Positions 45,557 through 54,807 of a stretch of DNA of 64,000 bases are shown here, one piece after another. The stretch is taken from positions 62,309 to 126,308 of the IMG/VR virus record IMGVR_UViG_3300049440_000308; one strand, given 5' to 3'. The DNA comes from a virus. The translations under genes were made by a program, and so were the position numbers. A model generated the notes under the pieces. It was not told where the DNA came from and did no database searches. It was given only the letters and a program-made list of their open reading frames with translations. Position 1 is the first letter of the stretch. Each line of letters begins with the position of its first letter.

Positions 45557-45693
45557 TGCGGCCTCCTTGTTAGGTCGTGGCGGTCAGGCCCGGATCACGG
45601 TGCTCGTAACACCGTCCGGGCCGCTATTAAGTTCCTGCTCATTATAGCGGATTCGTCCGCAATTTCGGCTGCCATCGGCGCGGGTGGCGGCTA

Positions 45694-48600
45694 ATGGGCG
45701 CAGATTCCCTAGTTCTAGCCAACGCTTTGGAGCTGCTGAACGGCAGCCCGCCGTCGGCCAACCCCATGTGCGCCGGCGCCCGGTTCTATCTCGGCCAGAA
45801 CGCCGATCCCGGCGCACCCCAGCCGACGACCGATTTCGTGGCGTCCCTGCTGCTAGACGGGGAAAGGCCGTTCGGCCGGAGGGCCGGCAACCGGACAATC
45901 AAGTTGCCGGTAGTTATCGAGGCACCGAACCGCCAGCTACTGGCCGCTGCTCGCGAGGTCCTTGAACAGGCAATAGACCAGGATTACTGGACGCTCGTGT
46001 GGACGAGGGACGCGACGGCGGGCAACCCCGGTAACACGCCGCTACCGCTGGTGTTCGACTGCTTCCGGGCCCAGGCGACGACGGTCACGTGGAACACGCG
46101 GCTCGAGAAGCAGCTCACCATGATGGAACTGGAACTCACCATCCCGGCGCTCCCCTACGGCCGGTCCGACACGCAGGTGCAGGTGAGTTTCGCGAGCCCG
46201 GCGCCGACGTCCCCCTCCGTTCCCCCGCCGCCGACGCCGGTAGTGCTGGACACGTTCGCGGCGATCTCCTCGACGCAGTTCTCCCAGTCGTCGCAGTGCG
46301 TGGTGGGCCCGTCAACAGCCTGCTGGGACCCGGACGCGTTCGGGGACTTCGGGGGGCAGGCGACGACGCTGAACTACGGGAGCTCGTTCACGTCCCCGGT
46401 GAACCTGGCGGGGATGGCGAGCCTTCAGTTCTGGTTCGGCCTCGGGTCCCGCTATTACAGCAACCTGGAGTACCACGGCAAGACGCACGGGGTGTCGTTC
46501 TCCTTCACCCTGACGGACACCGGCGGGAGCACGCTGTCGTTCTCGCGGGGGAACATGCGGCTGCCGGTGTCGGCCTCCGCGCAGTCCCCGGTGTTCACCT
46601 CGGTGACCGTCCCCATCCCGCAGGGGGATCCCTCGTTCAACTACGCGGGGGTTGAGTCGTGGAGCCTGTCGGTGCTGAACCGGCAGGACCGTATCCGGCG
46701 CCTGTCGTGGGTGACCGCGTACCTGGACAACCTGACGGCCCTGCCCGGCTCCCAGCAGGTGAGCCCGGTGACCCGCGGCACGGTTTACACGGTGTACGGG
46801 GTGCAGGGGACCGCCAGGGCGCCGGTCAGCATGAGCTTCCAGCAGCCTCCCGCACCGGGCACGGTCACCACGATCACCGCGACGGGGCCGGGCTCGTACA
46901 CGGTGCCGGCGAACACCACCTGGCTGCGGGTGGAGGCGATCGGCGGCGGCGGGGCCGGCGCGGGCCTCACCGCGGCCGGGGTCGGGCCGGGCGGCGGCGG
47001 GGCGGAGTACGCGGCGGAGCTCGTGTTCCCGGCGACCCCGGCGCAGGTGATCCCCTACGTGGTGGGGGCGGGGGACACGGCGGGAGCGTCCCCGGCGGGG
47101 GGGCAGGCGACCGTGTTCGGGCCCGCCCCGGGCGGGACGCTGCAGCTCATCGCGAACGGCGGCGGCTCCGTGGCCACGGGCGGGACGACGGCGGGCACGG
47201 GGGGGACAGGGTCGGCGAACAGCGTCCACTACGACGGCGGGCCGGGGCGGGCCAACCCGGCGGGGACGTTCGGCGGCGGCGGCGGCAGCAGCGGCGGGGA
47301 CCTGTCCGCCGGTAACACGCCGATGGGCTCCGGGAGCGTGCTGTTCACCACGGCGGGGACGTTCTCCGGCGGGTCCGGGTGGCTGTGCCCGGCGGGCGTC
47401 ACCAGCGTGCTGGCGGAGTGCTGGGGCAGCGGCGGGGGCGGCGGCTCCGCCGGGGTCAGCGTGGGGAACGGGGCGGGCGGCGGCGGCGGGGAGTACCGCA
47501 GCGCCCTGGTCGCCGTCACCCCCGGGACGCATTACGCGTTCACCGTCGGGGCGGGGGGCGCCGGGGGGGTCAGCTCAGGTAACGGGTCGGCGGGCGGGCA
47601 GTCGTCGTTCGCCGGGGACGCCTACACGGTTGTCGCCCATGCCGGCGGGGGCGGGCAGAACACGACCAGCTCGCACAGCGGCTGGGGCCTGGGCGGGTCG
47701 GGGGGCACGGGGAGCAGGGCCGGGTTCAGCGGGGGGAACGGCGGCAGCGCCTACCCGTACACGGGCGGCGGCGGGAGCTCGGCGGGCCCGGCGGCGCAGG
47801 GCAACAGCGGCAGCAGCCCCGGGGGGGCGCCGGCCCCGAACCCGGGCGGCGCCGGCGGGCCCGGGTCGGGGGCGGGCAACGGCGCCGGGACGGCGGGGTC
47901 GGCTCCCGGCGGCGGGGGCGGCGGGTCGTACTTCTCCTCCTACGCGGGCGGGGCAGGCGCACCCGGGCAGGTGCGGCTCACCTACCCGGCGAGCACCGGG
48001 GCGCCCACCTCGGCCGGGGCGACGGCGGTTGACGGGGGCGGGGCGGGCGGCAACGGCGGCGCCACCGCGGGCTCCGCGGGATCGGCGGGCGGGGCACCGG
48101 GCGGGGCGGGGGGCGGGGCGTTCTCCTCCGGCAGCACCCTGGCGGGCGGCGCGGGGGCCCACGGGCAACTGAAGATCACCTCGTACGCGCCGGCGGCGGC
48201 CAAGACCCTGATCGTGCACCGGCCGCCACTGGGGGCGAGCAAGACGTTCCAGCCCCTGGTCTCAGTGGGGGCGGGGGCGGACCCGCCGGACGGCACCCAC
48301 CAGTACACGATGCCGCAGCCGGTCACCGGGGTGAACGCGGACTTCTCCGGCACGTACACCGTCTACCTCATCAATTCCTCGTGGTCGGGCAGCACCTCGA
48401 CCGCGCGGGCCGTGCTCGTCACCGTCACCCAGTACGAGTACCCGGGCGGGCCCGGTTACCCCGTCAGCACCCTGCCGGTCATCGTCGCCCCCAACCAGGT
48501 CGCAAACGGGATCCTGACGGCGGGCGTCCTGACACTGCCCGTGAAGGCCGTGGCGCCGGACAACGTCGGCGGCTACTACACGGTCTCGGTCACCGACTCT

Positions 48601-48921
48601 CAGACCTCGGACCGATTTTTCGAATGCATTTTCCTCGACACCCAGGGGCAGACCGTCGTCATCAACGAGCCGTCGAACGGTTATCTGAATTATTACATTG
48701 ATGCGCCTGATCCCAACGTGTCACTCGGCCGGATCATGGGCTCGCAGGGCGGGCGGCCCAACGCGATCTCGGTGATGGACAACACCCCGTACATCTCCGG
48801 CGGGCCCCTGTTCGTGGAGCCCGCCGACAGTGACAACCAGGTTTTCTGTTACTGCGCGGACGGAAGTGCACCTAACGTCTCTTTGTCCTATTTTGCCTCT
48901 TACTTTTTCGACAGAATCTGA
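45694..48921 (+). CDS. distal-tail/minor tail protein with glycine-rich domains
   Basis: First gene after TMP/HNH; RTIKLPVVI; two VPA/PAGVTSV..E..GGGGGG glycine-rich blocks. Confidence 0.8.
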   Translation: MGADSLVLANALELLNGSPPSANPMCAGARFYLGQNADPGAPQPTTDFVASLLLDGERPFGRRAGNRTIKLPVVIEAPNRQLLAAAREVLEQAIDQDYWTLVWTRDATAGNPGNTPLPLVFDCFRAQATTVTWNTRLEKQLTMMELELTIPALPYGRSDTQVQVSFASPAPTSPSVPPPPTPVVLDTFAAISSTQFSQSSQCVVGPSTACWDPDAFGDFGGQATTLNYGSSFTSPVNLAGMASLQFWFGLGSRYYSNLEYHGKTHGVSFSFTLTDTGGSTLSFSRGNMRLPVSASAQSPVFTSVTVPIPQGDPSFNYAGVESWSLSVLNRQDRIRRLSWVTAYLDNLTALPGSQQVSPVTRGTVYTVYGVQGTARAPVSMSFQQPPAPGTVTTITATGPGSYTVPANTTWLRVEAIGGGGAGAGLTAAGVGPGGGGAEYAAELVFPATPAQVIPYVVGAGDTAGASPAGGQATVFGPAPGGTLQLIANGGGSVATGGTTAGTGGTGSANSVHYDGGPGRANPAGTFGGGGGSSGGDLSAGNTPMGSGSVLFTTAGTFSGGSGWLCPAGVTSVLAECWGSGGGGGSAGVSVGNGAGGGGGEYRSALVAVTPGTHYAFTVGAGGAGGVSSGNGSAGGQSSFAGDAYTVVAHAGGGGQNTTSSHSGWGLGGSGGTGSRAGFSGGNGGSAYPYTGGGGSSAGPAAQGNSGSSPGGAPAPNPGGAGGPGSGAGNGAGTAGSAPGGGGGGSYFSSYAGGAGAPGQVRLTYPASTGAPTSAGATAVDGGGAGGNGGATAGSAGSAGGAPGGAGGGAFSSGSTLAGGAGAHGQLKITSYAPAAAKTLIVHRPPLGASKTFQPLVSVGAGADPPDGTHQYTMPQPVTGVNADFSGTYTVYLINSSWSGSTSTARAVLVTVTQYEYPGGPGYPVSTLPVIVAPNQVANGILTAGVLTLPVKAVAPDNVGGYYTVSVTDSQTSDRFFECIFLDTQGQTVVINEPSNGYLNYYIDAPDPNVSLGRIMGSQGGRPNAISVMDNTPYISGGPLFVEPADSDNQVFCYCADGSAPNVSLSYFASYFFDRI

Positions 48922-48939
48922 GCGATAGGGAGACGGGTT

Positions 48940-49530
48940 ATGCGGTACGCGGCGGTCCTGGGCACGACGGCGCTGGTCGAGCTCATGGCGCACTTCCTCA
49001 GTCTCGGCTGGGGGATCATGACCCTGCTCGCCGCGTTCGCCTGGGTGGCCCTCACGGGGGCGTCGACCGCCGCGAAGGCCCGCAGCACCGAGGACCGCCT
49101 CACCGCCCTGGTCCCCGTGGTCGGCACCGCCTACACGACGGCGGCCACGGCGAACGCGACCGCGAACACCGCTCACACCACGGCGACCGCCGCCCAGTCC
49201 GCCGCCAGCACCGCGCAGAGCACCGCGAACAGCGCCAGCAGCACCGCCAGCAGCGCCCTGTCCACCGCCAACGGCTGCCTGCCGCTGTCCGGCGGCACCA
49301 TCTCCGGGGCCCTCACCGTCAACGGGGACGTCAAGTCCCACAGCAACCTGCTCGCCGACGGCACCCTGTACGTGAACAGCAGTGGCCACCAGCTCAACAT
49401 CCCGGTGACGCGCCCCTACGGGCTGACCGGCTGCCCGAACCCGCCCACCAAGGCCTGGGGTGACACCGTCGTCAACGCCATCCTGGGCAGCATCGGCGCC
49501 AACAAGTCCGCCGGGGTCTGGGTCGACTGA
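48940..49530 (+). CDS. membrane-anchored protein with Ala/Thr/Ser coiled coil and fibre-like segment
   Basis: Two N-terminal hydrophobic helices; heptad ASTAQST repeats; LPLSGGTISGALTV. Confidence 0.65.
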   Translation: MRYAAVLGTTALVELMAHFLSLGWGIMTLLAAFAWVALTGASTAAKARSTEDRLTALVPVVGTAYTTAATANATANTAHTTATAAQSAASTAQSTANSASSTASSALSTANGCLPLSGGTISGALTVNGDVKSHSNLLADGTLYVNSSGHQLNIPVTRPYGLTGCPNPPTKAWGDTVVNAILGSIGANKSAGVWVD

Positions 49531-49570
49531 CCCCTGACAGCATCGAGCGCGGAGCGGAGGTGACGCGGGC

Positions 49571-51859
49571 ATGACGGTGACCAGGGACCAGACGGCCACC
49601 GGGCAGGCGTCCGCCAGCGTCAGCACCCTCACCATCACCTGGCCGACGCTGCCCGCAGCGGGCAGCAAGGCGCTCATCGGCCTGACCATGGGCGGCGGGC
49701 AGACAGCCTCCGTGACCAGTGCCGTCGACAACGGCACCACCCCGAGGACCTTCACCGCGGACATAGGCGTCGCGGAGGGCGCCTCCAACGCGGGCAAGTA
49801 CATCCTGCGGGCCGACAACATCACCCTGCCGTCATCCGGCAACTACCACGTCACCATCACCCTGTCCGCGACGGTCAGCTGGGTGACCGGCTGCGGGCGC
49901 ACCTACCTGGGGGTGGCCTCCGGCGGGCCCACCTCGGCGCCGGCCGCGGCCACCGGCACCAGCAGTTCCCCCGCCACCCCGAACGTCACCCCCGCCGTCA
50001 CCGGGGCGCTGCTGTTCGGCGTGTTCGATGACACCTCCGCCGTCAACCCCGAGTCGATCACGCTGACGACCAGCGGCGCGACCACCGTCTACGCGCAGGT
50101 CAACGGGGCCAGCTTCCTCGCCGGGGCCGTCGCCGACAAGATCGCCACCACGACCAGCTCCCAGGGGCTCGCCTGGACGCTGGGCGACAGCCCCGACTGG
50201 GGCGCGTGGATCGCCGTCTACTCCCCGGGCGCCACCGCGCACCCGGCCGCCGCCGCCCTCACGGGCACCGGCACCCTGACGGCGGGCGCTGGGGTGGGCG
50301 TTCCCCGCGGCGTCACCCTCACCGGGACGGGCGCCCTCACGACGGCGCCCGTGATCGCGATCCCGGAGGCCGCCGCCCTGGCCGGGGACGGGACGCTGAC
50401 GGCGGGCGCGGACGCCCTCGCCCCCGGGCAGGTGTCCGCCGCCCTGACGGGCACCGGGACACTGGCGATCGCGGGCGGCCTCGGCTGGTCGGCCTCCGCC
50501 TCCCTCGCGGGCCTGGGAACGCTCACCGCGGGTTACACGGGCCTCATGCTGCAGTCCGCCGCCCTGTCCGGGGACGGGCTGCTCACCGTCGCGGGGACGG
50601 CGGCGCTGAAGTTCACCGCAGGCCTGTTCGGCGCCGGGTTCCTGAGCATCCCCCAGGTCGCCGGGGGCCTCGTCAGCGGGGTCGGCGGGGCGGGCTCCCC
50701 GATGGCGCTGCCTGGCTCCAGCCAGGTCGCCGTAGCGCCCCCCGGGTCCAGTAACTGGCAGTGGCTCGGCACTCTCGGGCACGTCACCGCCCTCACCTAC
50801 TCCTACGTGTGCCCCGGCGGGGCCGACAAGCTCACCATGACGATCCTGGTGCCGCCCGCCTACCGCACCCAGCTGTTCAACCCGGGATGGCAGGTCAAGG
50901 TCACCCGCGGCGGCCACCAGGTATGGGCAGGGAAACTCGACGAGCCGCAGCCCTCCCCGCAGGGCTGGACCCTCACCGCCGTCGGCAACGGCAACCGGGG
51001 CACCGACTACCTCGCCGTCTACAGCGGCACCTGGCCGGCCGGGCAGCCCGACAACGCCGTCAACGCCGCCATCACCCGCGGCCTGCCCTGGGGCAACCCC
51101 GGCATCGGGTCGCCCGCCGGGATCTGGCTCGGGCAGTCCGTTGACAGCGGCGCGCAGACCATCACCGGGCTGCTCAACCTCGTCACGAGCAGGGGCGGGC
51201 TCACCTGGTACGTGAACTCGCAGCCGGGCGGGCTGTACGGCTCCGACGACCTGTCCGTGTTCCCGCTGCCGACGACGCCGAACCGGCTGCTGGTGGTCAC
51301 GACGCCTGTAGCCCGCACGCTCGGTGGCGACGTCAACACCATTTACATCCGCTACCAGAGCGGATCGGAGAGCGCGACCACCGGCACGACGGCGACGTAC
51401 TCGACGGTCACGGCGGTCAACGCGCAGTCGGTGGCAGCACACGGCACCCTCGAGCAGTTCATCGATATCAGCGACGCCGGCCTGCTGACCAGCGCAGCAG
51501 CGCAAGCTGTGGGGACGAACGCGCTGCTGTTGTTCCAGAGGGCGAGTTTCGCGGGACCGTTCCAGGCATCGTACGGGCAGCTGCTCAACATTGGCGGGGC
51601 GCCGATCGACCCTGGCACGGACCAGAGCGCCACCATGGTCCGGGTGCTCCTGTATGACTACGGGCTGGGCGGCGAGGTAGTGCCCGGACCCATCACCTGG
51701 ATCACCGGGGCCTACGAATGGGATGACTTCAAGATGGTTGCCACCCTCACGCCCATGCAGGTACTGGACCAGTCGCTAAGTTCACTTCTGAGCGCGGGCC
51801 ACGCCTCGATCATGCCCGTCGCGGTCGCGGCCAGCTTAGGTCTCGACAAAGACCGGTAA
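49571..51859 (+). CDS. minor tail protein (N-terminal beta domain, LTGTGTL repeats, C-terminal hub-like domain)
   Basis: GGAGG SD; repeats at about 50230-50630; TTA at 51836. Confidence 0.75.
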   Translation: MTVTRDQTATGQASASVSTLTITWPTLPAAGSKALIGLTMGGGQTASVTSAVDNGTTPRTFTADIGVAEGASNAGKYILRADNITLPSSGNYHVTITLSATVSWVTGCGRTYLGVASGGPTSAPAAATGTSSSPATPNVTPAVTGALLFGVFDDTSAVNPESITLTTSGATTVYAQVNGASFLAGAVADKIATTTSSQGLAWTLGDSPDWGAWIAVYSPGATAHPAAAALTGTGTLTAGAGVGVPRGVTLTGTGALTTAPVIAIPEAAALAGDGTLTAGADALAPGQVSAALTGTGTLAIAGGLGWSASASLAGLGTLTAGYTGLMLQSAALSGDGLLTVAGTAALKFTAGLFGAGFLSIPQVAGGLVSGVGGAGSPMALPGSSQVAVAPPGSSNWQWLGTLGHVTALTYSYVCPGGADKLTMTILVPPAYRTQLFNPGWQVKVTRGGHQVWAGKLDEPQPSPQGWTLTAVGNGNRGTDYLAVYSGTWPAGQPDNAVNAAITRGLPWGNPGIGSPAGIWLGQSVDSGAQTITGLLNLVTSRGGLTWYVNSQPGGLYGSDDLSVFPLPTTPNRLLVVTTPVARTLGGDVNTIYIRYQSGSESATTGTTATYSTVTAVNAQSVAAHGTLEQFIDISDAGLLTSAAAQAVGTNALLLFQRASFAGPFQASYGQLLNIGGAPIDPGTDQSATMVRVLLYDYGLGGEVVPGPITWITGAYEWDDFKMVATLTPMQVLDQSLSSLLSAGHASIMPVAVAASLGLDKDR

Positions 51860-51960
51860 CGATGAGTACGCTAACGGACGCGGGCAGTAAACGCTGTCCG
51901 TAAAGTCAGAGTCCGGTAGTTCTACGCACTCGGCGGCTGGTTACAAGAGGCGGTACACGG

Positions 51961-51985
51961 GAGGCGGCCCCCCGGGTGCCGCCTC
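51961..51985. terminator. hairpin between convergent genes
   Basis: GAGGCGGC/GCCGCCTC stem. Confidence 0.4.
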
Positions 51986-52421
51986 AGTCGTCAGCACTCC
52001 ACGTCACCTCGTACACGCAGCCCTTTTCCGGCTCCGCGTAGTCTCCCGGCCCGTACACGTCGACCCGCTTAGGCCGGCCATCCCGGTCGACGCTGACGTT
52101 GACGGTCACCCCCGCGAAGTTGCACCACCACCTGCCGGTATCCATCTGCTCCAGGTGGATCCACTTGCCGATGACCAACTCATCGAACTCGGTTCCGGCT
52201 AGCACGGTGCACTCTACGGTGTCGGGAACGTCTGGCATGTCAGGGCGTATCGCGTTGAGTGCGCGCATCGTCTCGGCGTGCTTCGCAGGCTTGCCGGAGT
52301 CGTTGCTCACGTCGTAGGAGCGGTACTGCGCGGGGTCGGGCGAGCGCCTGTGCACGAGGATGCGCCACGGGGAGCCGGCGCGGCGCAGAGGCTTGCCGGG
52401 GACATCGGGCATGCCGCTCAT
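51984..52421 (-). CDS. hypothetical protein
   Basis: FDELVIGKWIHLEQMDTGRWW; GC3-rich; GAGG upstream. Confidence 0.65.
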   Translation of the reverse strand: MSGMPDVPGKPLRRAGSPWRILVHRRSPDPAQYRSYDVSNDSGKPAKHAETMRALNAIRPDMPDVPDTVECTVLAGTEFDELVIGKWIHLEQMDTGRWWCNFAGVTVNVSVDRDGRPKRVDVYGPGDYAEPEKGCVYEVTWSADD

Positions 52422-52463
52422 CCTCGCACCTGCCCGCGAGGCGCAGCAGGCAAGACTCGCTGC

Positions 52464-52511
52464 TGCACGTGCTAACGTCGCGTGCAGATGCACGTGCAGT
52501 AAGCGTAGGCT
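52464..52511. promoter_or_regulatory. divergent promoter region with two TGCACGTGC motifs and TAGGCT -10
   Basis: Reverse-complement CTGCACGTGCATCTGCAC at 52482-52499; TAGGCT 52506-52511 ends 6 nt before ATG 52518. Confidence 0.55.
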
Positions 52512-52517
52512 GTGCTC

Positions 52518-52793
52518 ATGCGCGTGGGCTGTAAGCAATGTGGCGCGGCGGTTGACCTGCCGCCCGGCGCTGACCCGCACGCGACCACCTGGTGCGGCTG
52601 CTGCACCCGCCCCCACCACCACGGCGCGGAAGCAGCCGCCTGCGGCCCGGACAGCCACGAGGGCGGCTGCTGGAACCCTCCCGCCGCCGGCATACCGCTT
52701 GAGCTTCAGCCCGGCGTAGTGGCCGAGCGCCCGCCCGGCTGCGGCGTCTGCCGTCCCGTCGCGCACTACCCGGTCGCCGGGAGTCCGTTTTGA
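52518..52793 (+). CDS. Cys/His-rich hypothetical protein (possibly leaderless)
   Basis: CKQC, WCGCC..HHH and CGVC. Confidence 0.6.
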   Translation: MRVGCKQCGAAVDLPPGADPHATTWCGCCTRPHHHGAEAAACGPDSHEGGCWNPPAAGIPLELQPGVVAERPPGCGVCRPVAHYPVAGSPF

Positions 52794-53257
52794 CCACTTA
52801 CGGCATGACCGATTCCGCACGTGTCGCGGCTCTGCTCCAGGCGCTGTTCACCGCGACGGCCACGGGCGGCAGCCTCACCCCGGGCACCGGGGGAGGGGCA
52901 GGGTTCGCGATCTCGCCCCCGTACCACCTGCGGCTGATGACGACGGCAGGGTCGAACACGGTCAACGGCACCGAGGCGAGCGGCGTCAACTGCCCCGGTT
53001 ACACGGCGGGCGGCTCGACGCTCGGCTCCCAGTTCTGCGCGGCCCCCGTCGCCGGGGTGCAGTCCAACGCCAACCCGGTCACCTGGAACGCTACCGGCAC
53101 CTGGACGACGGTCCCCGGCATCGAGGTGTGGGACACCGCCGCAACCCCGCTGCGGTGGCTGCAGGGCCTGGTGAGTACCCCGATCAGCGGGGTTGTCAAC
53201 GGTGACAGCGTGATCTTCGCGGCGGCGGCCGTCACGAGCAACGCTCAGTCGTGGTGA
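52790..53257 (+). CDS. tail-fibre-associated small structural protein
   Basis: Paralogous to 53503 (PGTGGG..F.I.PP..L.L; TWxAxGTWT; EVWD). Confidence 0.7.
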   Translation: MTTYGMTDSARVAALLQALFTATATGGSLTPGTGGGAGFAISPPYHLRLMTTAGSNTVNGTEASGVNCPGYTAGGSTLGSQFCAAPVAGVQSNANPVTWNATGTWTTVPGIEVWDTAATPLRWLQGLVSTPISGVVNGDSVIFAAAAVTSNAQSW

Positions 53258-53270
53258 CATAAGGGGGAAC

Positions 53271-53501
53271 ATGGCGATTCATGTGGCTTGTACCAACTGC
53301 GGGACCTTCGACATCGCGGGCCCCGGGCACCCGGCGGTCACTTTCGACGAGGAGCAGCAGCGGCACGTGCTGACCGACCGGACGGCGCTGCGGCACTCGC
53401 ACGCGGACGACTGCGAGCCGCACCCGGAGACCGGCCACTACCCGCTGCACTTCACGTTCTTCGCCGCGGTCGGCCCGGCCGAGACAGGCCCGGTTACCTG
53501 A
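53271..53501 (+). CDS. small Cys/His protein
   Basis: AAGGGGG SD; CTNC. Confidence 0.6.
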   Translation: MAIHVACTNCGTFDIAGPGHPAVTFDEEQQRHVLTDRTALRHSHADDCEPHPETGHYPLHFTFFAAVGPAETGPVT

Positions 53502-53502
53502 C

Positions 53503-53979
53503 ATGGCGATGACGGACCAGACGCTGGTAAACAAGCTCCTCTCCGCCCTGCTCACCAGCAGCACCACGTTCACGATCACCCCGGGGACCGGCGGCGGGTC
53601 CGCGTTCACTATCACCCCCCCGATGCGCCTGCACCTGTTCTCCACCACGGGCACCTCGACGGCGACCGGAACCGAGTGCGTGGCGGGCACCAGCCCCGGC
53701 TACACCAGCGGCTACCCATCCGGGGGGCTGTCGCTCGGCTCGAGCGCGTTCGGGACGTTCTCCGCCGGCGCGAGCACCAACGGCAGCGCGGTCACCTGGA
53801 CGGCGTCGGGCACCTGGACGCTGGGGGTCGCCGGGGTTGAGATCTGGGACTCGGCGGGGACCGCGGTCCGCTACCTGTGGGGGCCGCTGTCCACCGGGAT
53901 CGGGGCCAGCGTCGTGGTCAGCTCAGACACGGTCTCCTTCGCCATAGGCGCCATTTCCGCGTCCGGGGCCGGCTGGTGA
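53503..53979 (+). CDS. tail-fibre-associated small structural protein (paralog of 52790)
   Basis: Shared motifs with 52790. Confidence 0.7.
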   Translation: MAMTDQTLVNKLLSALLTSSTTFTITPGTGGGSAFTITPPMRLHLFSTTGTSTATGTECVAGTSPGYTSGYPSGGLSLGSSAFGTFSAGASTNGSAVTWTASGTWTLGVAGVEIWDSAGTAVRYLWGPLSTGIGASVVVSSDTVSFAIGAISASGAGW

Positions 53980-54135
53980 CCCGATGACCCGGGTGCGCCG
54001 CGCCCGGCGCGGCACCCGGGGCCGGCTCTGCGTTCCCCTGCCGCGATCGGCAACAGCACCGCCGCGTCCTGGCCCGGCGACCAGCACCTAGACGACGAAC
54101 GTCGTCGCCATTCCGGCAAGAGAGGGAGATCAGTT

Positions 54136-54801
54136 ATGGCAGAGGAATCCGGGTCCGGCAGTGACGGCTTCGGCGCGGGGGTGCTGCTAGGGAACCGGGA
54201 GCACGGCCGTCACTGGACCAACTTCCAGGTGGAGAAGTGGGACGCCGGCCAGATCGCGTGGACGCTCACCCGCGACTACGATGACCTGCGGCTGATCAGC
54301 CAGGGCGCGGAGCCGCTGGCGGCTGACTTCGCCCGGCTGCGGTGCTGCCCGTTCGAGGTGTACCTGAAGGAAGACGCCAACCTGATCACGAACGCGGGCT
54401 GGGTCAACATCATGGGCGGCATCGCGGGCACGACGCCCACGAAGTTCGTCAACGCGACCACTGGGCGTATCGGGCTCGGCGTCTCAGCAACAGCCGTTAC
54501 AGCGGCTGACACCGCACTAGGCTCCGTCGCCGGCCTTAGCGCCAACAACTGGAAGGTCATCAACGCGGTCCCCACGGTCGGCTCAGGCACCGGGGCCGGT
54601 AACGGGCTGATCCTCTCAGCGCAGTTCATCACCACCGACGCCAACGGCGCGGCTATCGCGGAGTTCGCGGCAGACATGGGCACGACGAACACGAACGTCG
54701 TCACCGCGCAGGGAACGTTCTTCAGCCACGGCAACGCGACGCCGGGCACCAAGACTTCCGCGCAGACGTGGAACGCCACGATCAGCTACCAGTGGACGTA
54801 G
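54136..54801 (+). CDS. structural protein
   Basis: GGAG SD; NLITNAGW...RIGLG..ATA....DTAL...AQF...DANG..I.EF...KTSAQTW. Confidence 0.7.
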   Translation: MAEESGSGSDGFGAGVLLGNREHGRHWTNFQVEKWDAGQIAWTLTRDYDDLRLISQGAEPLAADFARLRCCPFEVYLKEDANLITNAGWVNIMGGIAGTTPTKFVNATTGRIGLGVSATAVTAADTALGSVAGLSANNWKVINAVPTVGSGTGAGNGLILSAQFITTDANGAAIAEFAADMGTTNTNVVTAQGTFFSHGNATPGTKTSAQTWNATISYQWT

Positions 54802-54807
54802 GCCGTC

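Noticed and set aside
44820-45690. Group I intron around the HNH gene
   Set aside because: Flanking genes are complete, no rejoined frame could be built, and I could not recognise P/Q/R/S elements.
51860-51960. Lower-GC intergenic stretch as tRNA or ncRNA
   Set aside because: Only a short ACGGAC/GTCCGT stem; no cloverleaf, T-loop or CCA.
53990-54110. Hairpins between 53979 and 54136 as a riboswitch
   Set aside because: GC-rich stems without any recognisable aptamer consensus.
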